From positions 19,836 to 58,608 of the forward strand of contig JBBDRK010000066.1 in NCBI GenBank assembly GCA_040905465.1: a DNA stretch of 38,773 bases. The letters are read 5' to 3'. Below are positions 9,020 to 16,745 of this stretch, in pieces. The position numbers and the translations under genes were made by a program. The first letter of the stretch is position 1. Every line of letters begins with the position of its first letter. The notes beneath the pieces were generated by a model. The model saw nothing but the letters and a program-made list of their open reading frames with translations. It was not told the origin of the DNA and did not search any database. This DNA is from Trueperaceae bacterium. GTDB lineage: Bacteria > Deinococcota > Deinococci > Deinococcales > Trueperaceae.

Positions 9020-10213
9020 ATGAACCTGACTACCATCGACCAGCTCTCAGTCGCCGGGCGCCGCGTCCTGGTCCGGGTTGACTTCAACGTGCCGGTAAAG
9101 GCGGGACGGGTCGGCGACGACACTCGTATCCGAGCCGCTCTGCCGACTCTCGAGGCGTTGCAGGCAAGAGGCGCCACCCTGATACTGGCGAGTCACCTGG
9201 GAAGGCCCAAGGGTCCCGCGGACGGCGAGCGGATGAGACCGATAGCCGATCGACTCGCCGAGCTGCTGGCGACCGAGGTCCGTTACCTGGCCAGCGACGG
9301 TCCGGCCAGCGCCGCCCAGCGCGCCTTCGTTGCGGACGCTCCGCCAGGCAGCGTGACGATGCTCGAGAACACGCGCTTCGACTCGCGCGAGAAGGATAAC
9401 GACCCGGAGTTGGCCCGGGCTCTGGCCGGCTACGCGGACCTGTTCGTGAACGACGCCTTCGGTGCGGCTCATCGCGCTCACGCCAGCACCGAGGGAGTGG
9501 CGCGCTTGCTCCCCGGTGCCGCCGGCTACCTGCTGGCCCGTGAGCTCGAGGTGCTCGGCCGTCTGAAGACGTCGCCGGCAAAGCCTTTCGTGGTGATCGT
9601 CGGCGGCGCCAAGGTTTCGGACAAGATCGGCGTCATCTACAGGCTGCTGGAGCTGGCCGACAAGCTGGTTATCGCCGGCGCCATGGCGTACACGTTCTTC
9701 CAGGCCCGGGGCGGCGAGGTGGGCCGATCGCTGGTGGAGGCCGACAAACTCGATCTGGCGCGCGACCTGCTGGCCACCGCGGAAAGGCGCGGGGTGGAAC
9801 TCCTGTTGCCGGTCGACTCCGTCTGCGCCCAGGACATCGCCCCCGACGTGGCGACCGAGGTGCACCCGTCCGATGCGATTCCTCCGGACCTGATGGGCCT
9901 CGACGCCGGGCCGCACGCCATCGGCGAGTTCGTGGCGGCACTCGCCGGCGCGAAGACCCTGTTCTGGAACGGCCCGCTGGGCGTGTTCGAGGTTCCACCG
10001 TTCGACGCGGGCACCCGAGCCATCGCCGCTGCGGTCGCGGAGCTCGAAGCGTTTACCGTAGTCGGTGGCGGAGATTCGGTCGCGGCGATTACCGCCATGG
10101 GCATGCAGGAAAGGGTCGATCATGTGTCGACCGGCGGTGGCGCTTCCCTCGAATTCCTGGAAGGACGAACACTGCCCGGAGTGGCGGCCCTTGCGGGCCG
10201 CTCGAGCGGCTGA
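9020..10213 (+). CDS. pgk: Phosphoglycerate kinase
   Basis: RVLVRVDFNVP, SHLGRP, NDAFGAAHRAHAS, GGAKVSDK, GGGDS and STGGGASLEFLEG. Follows gap. Confidence 0.98.
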   Translation: MNLTTIDQLSVAGRRVLVRVDFNVPVKAGRVGDDTRIRAALPTLEALQARGATLILASHLGRPKGPADGERMRPIADRLAELLATEVRYLASDGPASAAQRAFVADAPPGSVTMLENTRFDSREKDNDPELARALAGYADLFVNDAFGAAHRAHASTEGVARLLPGAAGYLLARELEVLGRLKTSPAKPFVVIVGGAKVSDKIGVIYRLLELADKLVIAGAMAYTFFQARGGEVGRSLVEADKLDLARDLLATAERRGVELLLPVDSVCAQDIAPDVATEVHPSDAIPPDLMGLDAGPHAIGEFVAALAGAKTLFWNGPLGVFEVPPFDAGTRAIAAAVAELEAFTVVGGGDSVAAITAMGMQERVDHVSTGGGASLEFLEGRTLPGVAALAGRSSG

Positions 10214-10215
10214 CC

Positions 10216-10842
10216 GTGTCCGCTACACCAACCAGGATCTTGCGCCTGGGCCCGGAGTTGGGCCTCGACGCGGAGTTCGCCCATATGGGCGGGGACTACA
10301 GCTACATGTCGTCCGCGTACTACGAGGTTCTCGACGCCGAAATGGCGGGACAGCGGATAATACCGACGACCCTCGACGCCCTCGACGCCTACGTGCCGCC
10401 GATCGCCATGGAGCGCGCCCGTCTGGCCGGTCTGCTGGTACCGGAGTTCGAACTGGTCACCGAGCGCTTCCCGGCTCCGCCGTTCATGGCCTACCCGGTA
10501 AACCCGTTCTCGAGTGCCGCCGAGCTCATCCTCGATTCCGAGACGTTGGAGCGGCGCCGCAACGGACTCACCTATACCGGCAAGTACGCCGCATTGTGCC
10601 AGAAGTTGCCGAGCGACTACCGCGTGGACGTGGTCCGCATGGTGCTGGGCCGCTGCCTGAGCGACGAGTACCGCGAGTTCGCCCGGGAGGTGTTCGGGCT
10701 GTTCCGGGTGCCGCTCGCGCGGGTGCGGGTGATCGTAGCCTCACACGGATATCTTCTGTCGGCGCTCGAGCCCCTCCCCTTCGAGTCGCTCACCCTCAAC
10801 GAAAAGGCTCTCCTTACCGGGCTCGGTACATGGCCAAGCTAG
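10216..10842 (+). CDS. RimK-like ATP-grasp N-terminal (RLAN) domain protein
   Basis: GDYSYMSSAYYEVLDAEMAGQRIIPT resembles the RLAN motif (Y-x-Y-x-S-x-G-YY-x-S-L-x-AEARG...IP). GTG 2 nt after the pgk stop; overlaps the next ATP-grasp gene. Confidence 0.7.
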   Translation: MSATPTRILRLGPELGLDAEFAHMGGDYSYMSSAYYEVLDAEMAGQRIIPTTLDALDAYVPPIAMERARLAGLLVPEFELVTERFPAPPFMAYPVNPFSSAAELILDSETLERRRNGLTYTGKYAALCQKLPSDYRVDVVRMVLGRCLSDEYREFAREVFGLFRVPLARVRVIVASHGYLLSALEPLPFESLTLNEKALLTGLGTWPS

Positions 10843-11729
10843 CCATCTTCACCGAGCGCTACACGATTCGCTCGTCGGTCGAGCTCACTGCCCTCACCAA
10901 CTTCCGCCAGGCCGCATTCGAACTAGGCCATCAGCTCGACTTCCTGTTCAAGAGCGAACTCAAGTACCTGCACAACTACGACGGAGTGCTGATCAGGGCG
11001 CTCACCGACCCGCTGAACGCCACCTACGTAGTGGCGCGGATCGCCGAGATGAACGGACTGCGCGTGCTCGACAGCAGCGAGAGCATCAGGATCTGCTGCG
11101 ACAAGGTGAACATGTACTCGCGCCTGATGGCCGGAGGCGTTCCCATGCCCGAGACCCGATTCCTGGAGCGGCACGAGGTGACCGCCGAAAACGCCGCCGA
11201 GCTGTTCGAGGCGCTCGGCATGCCGCTGGTGCTGAAGGCGCCCAACTCCTCGTTCTCGACATATGTGGACCGGGTGACCAACGCGGAGTCGTTCGTGAAG
11301 GTCGGGCGCAGGTTCCTGCGCCGAGCCGACCGGGTGGTGGTGCAGCAGTACATGCCGAGCGAGTTCGACTGGCGGGTGATAACGCTTCACGGCAGGATAC
11401 TGGCGGTAGTGAAATACCAGTTCGCCCAGGACAAATGGAAGCTGATGGAGCGCGGACCGTCCGGCGATTGGGCGCGGGTCGTTCCGGTACCGCGCGAACG
11501 GGCCGATCCGAAACTGCTGGAAACGGCGCTCGCCGCGGCAAACGCCGTCAGCGGCTCGCTGCATGGAGTCGATGTCAAGGAGATAGACGGCCAGTTCTTC
11601 GTGATCGAGGTCAACGACAACCCCAGCATCGACGCCGGCGGCGAAGACCTGGCGAACTCCGAGATCTATGCCGAGATCATCCGCTACCTCGCCGGCGACA
11701 GCGACTTCTCCATCGACAGCGCCTCCTGA
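10830..11729 (+). CDS. RimK-family ATP-grasp peptide/amino-acid ligase
   Basis: SIRICCDKV, PLVLKAPNSSFS, VVQQYMPSEFDWRV and GVDVKEIDGQFFVIEVNDNPSID. Start at ATG 10830 (MAKLAIF), not 10065. Confidence 0.9.
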   Translation: MAKLAIFTERYTIRSSVELTALTNFRQAAFELGHQLDFLFKSELKYLHNYDGVLIRALTDPLNATYVVARIAEMNGLRVLDSSESIRICCDKVNMYSRLMAGGVPMPETRFLERHEVTAENAAELFEALGMPLVLKAPNSSFSTYVDRVTNAESFVKVGRRFLRRADRVVVQQYMPSEFDWRVITLHGRILAVVKYQFAQDKWKLMERGPSGDWARVVPVPRERADPKLLETALAAANAVSGSLHGVDVKEIDGQFFVIEVNDNPSIDAGGEDLANSEIYAEIIRYLAGDSDFSIDSAS

Positions 11730-12154
11730 CCGTCCGCGTAGTAGTCCGGCCGGCGCCCCGTCTCCACGAAGCCGGCCGACCGGTAGAGAGCGATTGCCGC
11801 GTCGTTGTCCGCGCGCACCTCGAGCTGCAGCCGGGCGAGACCACGGGCGATAGCGGCCTCCTCTACCCGGCTCAACAGCAATCGCCCAACTCCGCGGCCC
11901 TGATGCAGCGGATCGACGGTCAACGAGTAGAGATGGGCCGCCCGCGCACCCATGCGAAAGAGCGCAATCGCGTTGCCCAGCACTTCGGGAGGGCCGGCGC
12001 CGGGCTCCGCTTCGGCCACCAGCACGATGCCGTTCGCCCGCGACATCAGGTAGCGCAGCTGAGGCCGGGTAAACCGGTCGCTGGCATGAGCTTCCTCGAG
12101 TTCGAGCAGCCGGTCCAGATCTTCCGGCGTGGCCGAGCGGACCCTGAGGCTCAG
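11684..12154 (-). CDS. GNAT acetyltransferase (RimI-like), probable CTG start
   Basis: LYSLTVDPLHQGRGVG, LEVRADNDAAIALY and DYYADGQEAL. The GNAT N-terminus VRSATPEDLDRLLELE continues in frame upstream of ATG 12046 to a CTG at 12154 overlapping the etfA stop. Confidence 0.8.
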   Translation of the reverse strand: MSLRVRSATPEDLDRLLELEEAHASDRFTRPQLRYLMSRANGIVLVAEAEPGAGPPEVLGNAIALFRMGARAAHLYSLTVDPLHQGRGVGRLLLSRVEEAAIARGLARLQLEVRADNDAAIALYRSAGFVETGRRPDYYADGQEALSMEKSLSPAR

Positions 12155-13128
12155 CCCTTGCCCTCGCGCAGCGCTTCGGTCAACTCGGGGACGATCTTGT
12201 GCACATCGCCCACGATCCCGTAGTCGGCCGCCTTGAAGATCGGCGCGTCGCCGTCCTTGTTTATCGCCACCACTACCTTCGAGCGGTTCATTCCCGAGAG
12301 GTGCTGGACAGCGCCCGAAACTCCTAGCGCCAGATACAGCTCAGGCGCCACCGTCTTGCCGGTCTGGCCGACCTGCTCGGCGTATGGCCGCCAGCCGGCG
12401 TCGACTACCGCACGAGTAGCGGCGATGCCGGCGCCAAGGAGACCGGCCAGCGGCTCGACCAGTGTCGCGAATCCCTCCGCACCTCCCAGCCCACGACCAC
12501 CGCTGACCACCACCGACGCCTCTTCGAGCGCCACGCTGCCGCCGGCGGGTTTGCGCTTCTCCCCGACCGTTACCCGCAGATCACGTTCGCCGAAAGATAT
12601 CTCGGCTGCCTCGACGCTGCCGGTCTCGGAAGCCGCGGGCAGGGCGTACACGTTGGGCTTGACCGACACGACCGCAGGCAGGCTGCCTGCTCGCACCCGT
12701 TCGGTGACGCGCGCGAGGTATGCCAGGCGGGTCGCGGCCAGCGAATCGCCGTCGACCTCGAGCGAGGTGACGTCCTCGAGCAGGGGCGCGCCCAGCCTCA
12801 CCGCTACGCGCGGGCCGACCGAGAGGCCGGTGCGACTTGCCGAGAGGAACACGACCCGTGCCGGCAGGTCCTTCGCCAACTCGGTGATTGCGGTCGTCCA
12901 GGTGTCCGCCCGTATGTCGGCAAGGGCAGGATCGTCCACTACCCTGACGCGGGGAAGGTAGCGGGCCAGCTCGCTCGCGCACTCCTGCACGCCCGAACCG
13001 AGGATCAGCCCGACCGGCTCCACGTCCAGCTCCCGCGCCAGTTCGCGGCCGGCCTGCGCCAACTCGAGGGCGCTCTTGCGCAACTTGCCGTTCGAATGTT
13101 CGGCGACTATCAGGATCACGTCGGGCAC
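12151..13128 (-). CDS. etfA: Electron transfer flavoprotein alpha subunit
   Basis: VVSGGRGLG, ATRAVVDAGW, QVGQTGK, LGVSGAVQHLSGM and INKDGDAPIF. Confidence 0.96.
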   Translation of the reverse strand: MPDVILIVAEHSNGKLRKSALELAQAGRELARELDVEPVGLILGSGVQECASELARYLPRVRVVDDPALADIRADTWTTAITELAKDLPARVVFLSASRTGLSVGPRVAVRLGAPLLEDVTSLEVDGDSLAATRLAYLARVTERVRAGSLPAVVSVKPNVYALPAASETGSVEAAEISFGERDLRVTVGEKRKPAGGSVALEEASVVVSGGRGLGGAEGFATLVEPLAGLLGAGIAATRAVVDAGWRPYAEQVGQTGKTVAPELYLALGVSGAVQHLSGMNRSKVVVAINKDGDAPIFKAADYGIVGDVHKIVPELTEALREGKG

Positions 13129-13130
13129 TC

Positions 13131-13892
13131 CTACTTGGCCAGGACCTTGGCTTCGTCGCGCAGTCGGCGGACGAGCTCTCTGGCAGCCTCGCTCGGATCG
13201 CCAGTCAGGATCACGTTGCGGCGTTCGCGCAGCTCCAGCGACTGGCCGAGCAGCCGCGTGAACGGCTCGGCGCCGCCGGCATCGGCGAGGCTCGACTTGC
13301 GAAGCTCCTTGCGCTTCGCCTTCATGATGTTAGGCAGAGTCGGGTAGCGCGGCTCGTTCAACCCCTGTTGGGTGGTAACGACCGCCGGCAGCGGCAGCTC
13401 CAGGTCTTCGGTGCCTTCGTCGGCGTCATGAGTCACCGAAAGGGTGCCCCCTCGGACCTCGACGCGCGTAGTCCAGTCGCTGTGCGGCCAACCGAGCGCT
13501 TCGGCCACCGCAGGACCGAGGGCCGAGCTGTCCCAGTCGGCCTGCTTGCCTCCCACGAACACCAGGTCCGCTCCCTCGCCGTCGATGACCGACGCCAGCA
13601 CCCGGGCCTGGCTGATCGGGTCGAGGTTCTCGTCGGTCTCGACGTGAATCGCCCGGTCCACGCCCATTGCCAGTGCCGTCCGGATTGCCTCCTCGTAGCG
13701 CCGCGGTCCCAGCGCCAGTGCGACGATCTCGCCGTCGGCTCCGCCCTCGCGCAACCGCAATGCCTCCTCCACTCCGTACTCGTCCATGCCGTCGATCACG
13801 AAGGTCACGCCACCCAGGTCCACGCCGTCGGCGCCATCTCGCAATCGGGCTTCGGCGTCGGGCACCTGTTTCAGGATCGCCACGATCTTCAT
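13131..13892 (-). CDS. etfB: Electron transfer flavoprotein beta subunit
   Basis: [31 protein letters not shown] and [17 protein letters not shown]. Confidence 0.96.
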   Translation of the reverse strand: MKIVAILKQVPDAEARLRDGADGVDLGGVTFVIDGMDEYGVEEALRLREGGADGEIVALALGPRRYEEAIRTALAMGVDRAIHVETDENLDPISQARVLASVIDGEGADLVFVGGKQADWDSSALGPAVAEALGWPHSDWTTRVEVRGGTLSVTHDADEGTEDLELPLPAVVTTQQGLNEPRYPTLPNIMKAKRKELRKSSLADAGGAEPFTRLLGQSLELRERRNVILTGDPSEAARELVRRLRDEAKVLAK

Positions 13893-13935
13893 GCCTTGGT
13901 CCGTTGTCTGTTGTCGATCACGACGGCAGTCTACC

Positions 13936-15078
13936 TCATCGATTTCGCAGCCCGCGAGCGATCACCACCCGCTGGATCTCGTTGGTGCCCTCGTAAATCT
14001 GGTTGAGCTTCACGTCGCGAAGCAACTTGGCGACCGGATACTCGTCGACGTAACCGTATCCGCCATGCACGTGCAGCGCTTCGTTGGCGGCATCGAACGC
14101 GATGTCGGAGGCGTAGGTCTTGGCGATTGCCGACGCCTCGGTGTGAGGAAGTCCGGAATCCACCAGCCACGCCGCGTACCAGGTCTGCAGGCGGGCGGTC
14201 TCGATGCCGATCTTCATGTCGGCCAGCTTGAACTGGATCGCCTGGAAGTCGAATATCGGTTGGCCGAAGGCGTGCCGCTCTCCGGCGTATGACGTGGCTT
14301 CGTCGAGCGCTCGCCGGGCAACGCCGACCGAGCCGGCGGCCACCGGGATGCGGGTGCGGTCGAGCGTCCGCATGGCGATCCGAAAGCCGTCGCCGGGCTC
14401 GCCCAGCACGTTTGCCCTGGGCACGCGGACACCGTCGAAAACCAGTTCGGCGGTATGGGCGGCACGCTGGCCCAGCTTGCCGTAGATCTTCTGATGCGAC
14501 AGGCCGGCGGCGCCTTTCTCCACCACGACGGCCACCACGCCGCGGTGCCGCTCCTCGGGGGCGTAGGTCGCGAAAACGACGGTCAGGTCGGCGATGCCGC
14601 CGTTGGTTATCCACATCTTGGTGCCGTTCAGCACCACGTCGTCACCGTCGAAGTCGGCCCTGGTCTTCATCGCTGCGGCGTCCGAGCCGTTGTCTGGTTC
14701 GGAGAGGGCGAACGCCGCCAGGCCGCCGCCCCGGCTGAGCCGACCCAGGAACCGCTCATGCTGCTCGGCGTTGCCGCCGATCAGGATGGGCGTTACGCCC
14801 AGCTCGGAGGCCATCAGGATGCTGTAGATGCCCATGCAGCCCCACGCGAGTTCTTCGCCTATTACCACCTCGTCTATCATCGACAGTCCGAGGCCGCCGG
14901 CGGAGCCGGGGATGCCGACGTTCAGCAGGCCCAGCTCCGCCGCCCGGGCCGTGATCTCTTCCGGGAAGCTCTCTTCCCTGTCGAAGCGCGCGGCCTGCGG
15001 GGCGATCACCTCGCGGGCGAACTGCCTCGCGAGCGACCGTATCTGCTTCTGCTCATCGCTGAGGCTGAAATCGATCAC
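13936..15078 (-). CDS. Acyl-CoA dehydrogenase
   Basis: [37 protein letters not shown] and [10 protein letters not shown]. Confidence 0.95.
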   Translation of the reverse strand: MIDFSLSDEQKQIRSLARQFAREVIAPQAARFDREESFPEEITARAAELGLLNVGIPGSAGGLGLSMIDEVVIGEELAWGCMGIYSILMASELGVTPILIGGNAEQHERFLGRLSRGGGLAAFALSEPDNGSDAAAMKTRADFDGDDVVLNGTKMWITNGGIADLTVVFATYAPEERHRGVVAVVVEKGAAGLSHQKIYGKLGQRAAHTAELVFDGVRVPRANVLGEPGDGFRIAMRTLDRTRIPVAAGSVGVARRALDEATSYAGERHAFGQPIFDFQAIQFKLADMKIGIETARLQTWYAAWLVDSGLPHTEASAIAKTYASDIAFDAANEALHVHGGYGYVDEYPVAKLLRDVKLNQIYEGTNEIQRVVIARGLRNR

Positions 15079-15101
15079 CGGCTCCTCCTGACGTCCCGCT
15101 T

Positions 15102-16253
15102 TCAGCGGCCTTTCTCGCGGTAGAGCTGTCGCCCGATCACTACCCGCTGGATCTCGCTGGTTCCCTCGTAGATCTCCGTTACCCGGGCGTCGCGAAAGTA
15201 GCGCTCGACCGGATACTCACGCGAGTAGCCGTAGCCGCCGAACACCTGGACTGCGGCGTCGGTCGTGGCTGTGGCGGCCTCACTGGCGAATAGCTTGGCC
15301 ATCGACGCCTCGCGCGTCACCCGGTAGCCGCGGTCTCGCAGCCAGGCGGCTCGGTGAGTGAGCAGACGGGCCGCCTCGAGGCGGGTCACCATGTCGGCCA
15401 GCTTGAACTGCACGCCCTGGAACTCGCGGATCGGCTGGCCGAAGGCGTGCCGCTCGGCGGCGTAGTCGCGGGCAGCCTCGAAGGCCGCCCGGGCGATTCC
15501 CACCGACTGGGCGGCGATTCCGATCCGTCCACCATCGAGCGACGTCATGGCCAGAATGAACCCCTGGCCCTCGGGTCCCAGGAGCGCCTCTTCCGGGATG
15601 TCGCAATCGTCGAAGGTCACGGTGGTCGTGACCGCAGCATGCTGTCCCAGCTTCTCTTCCGGGCGGCCGAAGAACATGCCACGAGTGCCGCGCTCCACCA
15701 GGAAGCAACTCACGCCGCGCGCGCCTCCGCGAGGGTCGGTCTTTGCCATCACCAGGTACAGCTGTGCTTCGCCGCCGCCGGTGATCCAGGCCTTGGTGCC
15801 GTTCAGGCGGTAGCCGCCCGATCTCCTGTCCGCCCGGGTCTTCATCGCCGCGGCGTCGGAACCGCAGTGCGGCTCCGACAGGCAAAAAGCGCCGATCCAC
15901 TCGCCGCCGGCCAGCTTCGGCAGATAGCGCTCCTTCTGCTCATCGCTGCCGTGAGCCAGCAGCATCACCTGTGGAAGGCCGTTGGTAACCGCCATGATAG
16001 TGCCGTGCGAAGCGTCCGCCGCCGAGATCTCCTCGAGCAGGACGACGTAGGAGAGTGTGTCGAGGCCCGCGCCACCGTAGCGCTCCGGAGTAGTGACGCC
16101 GAGCAGACCGAGCGATCCCATCTTGCGCAGGGTGGGCCACGGGAAGCTTCCCTGCCGATCGAGCTCGGCCGACACGGAGGCGATCTCGCTCTGGGCGAAC
16201 TCGCGCACATGCCGCTGCATCAGCAACAGGTCATCAGGAAGAGCGAAATCCAC
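15102..16253 (-). CDS. Acyl-CoA dehydrogenase (short/branched-chain type)
   Basis: FCLSEPHCGSD, LNGTKAWIT, GGRIGIAAQ, FGGYGY and IYEGTSEIQR. First gene of the acd-acd-etfB-etfA-GNAT run. Confidence 0.95.
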   Translation of the reverse strand: MDFALPDDLLLMQRHVREFAQSEIASVSAELDRQGSFPWPTLRKMGSLGLLGVTTPERYGGAGLDTLSYVVLLEEISAADASHGTIMAVTNGLPQVMLLAHGSDEQKERYLPKLAGGEWIGAFCLSEPHCGSDAAAMKTRADRRSGGYRLNGTKAWITGGGEAQLYLVMAKTDPRGGARGVSCFLVERGTRGMFFGRPEEKLGQHAAVTTTVTFDDCDIPEEALLGPEGQGFILAMTSLDGGRIGIAAQSVGIARAAFEAARDYAAERHAFGQPIREFQGVQFKLADMVTRLEAARLLTHRAAWLRDRGYRVTREASMAKLFASEAATATTDAAVQVFGGYGYSREYPVERYFRDARVTEIYEGTSEIQRVVIGRQLYREKGR

Positions 16254-16418
16254 TGCCCTCCCCCGGCGGTGTCGGCATGCTGCCAGGGTATAACGCCGGA
16301 GTGCGCTCGCCTACCGCAGTTGCCTGGCGACGCCGTACAAATCAGCTGCGGAGCCCGAAGAGCAGTCGCACTGACGGTCGCCCGTCCGCGCTGAGGCTAG
16401 ACTTGTACAGGAGGACAG

Positions 16419-16745
16419 ATGACTGCCAAAGAGTTACTGCGCCGGATGCCGGGCGCGTTGGACCCGCAGGCCGCCGAGGGGACCGATGCCGTCATTCAGT
16501 ACGAGATCTCCGAGCCCACCTATCAGGTGCTGCGTGAGGGGGAGCTGACAGTTCACGACGGCCGGGCCGACAACCCTGACCTTACCGTGGCTGTCAGCGA
16601 CGAAAACCTCGTGCGGTTGTTTCGTGGCGAGTTGAACCCCATGACGGCATTCATGTCGGGAAAGCTCAAGGTCAACGGCGACATGGGTCTCGCTCAGCGA
16701 CTGGTCGGCCTGGTCGACCGCGAGAAGGTCTTTCAGCTCGTCTGA
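16419..16745 (+). CDS. SCP2 sterol/lipid-binding domain protein
   Basis: LFRGELNPMTAFMSGKLKVNGDMGLAQRL SCP2 signature. SD AGGAGG and a TAGACT -10-like box upstream; divergent from the acyl-CoA dehydrogenase operon. Confidence 0.9.
   Translation: MTAKELLRRMPGALDPQAAEGTDAVIQYEISEPTYQVLREGELTVHDGRADNPDLTVAVSDENLVRLFRGELNPMTAFMSGKLKVNGDMGLAQRLVGLVDREKVFQLV

Noticed and set aside
10065-10829. N-terminal 255 aa of the 554-aa ORF as part of the ATP-grasp protein
   Set aside because: Arg/Pro-rich off-frame translation overlapping pgk and the RLAN gene; homology begins at MAKLAIF (10830).
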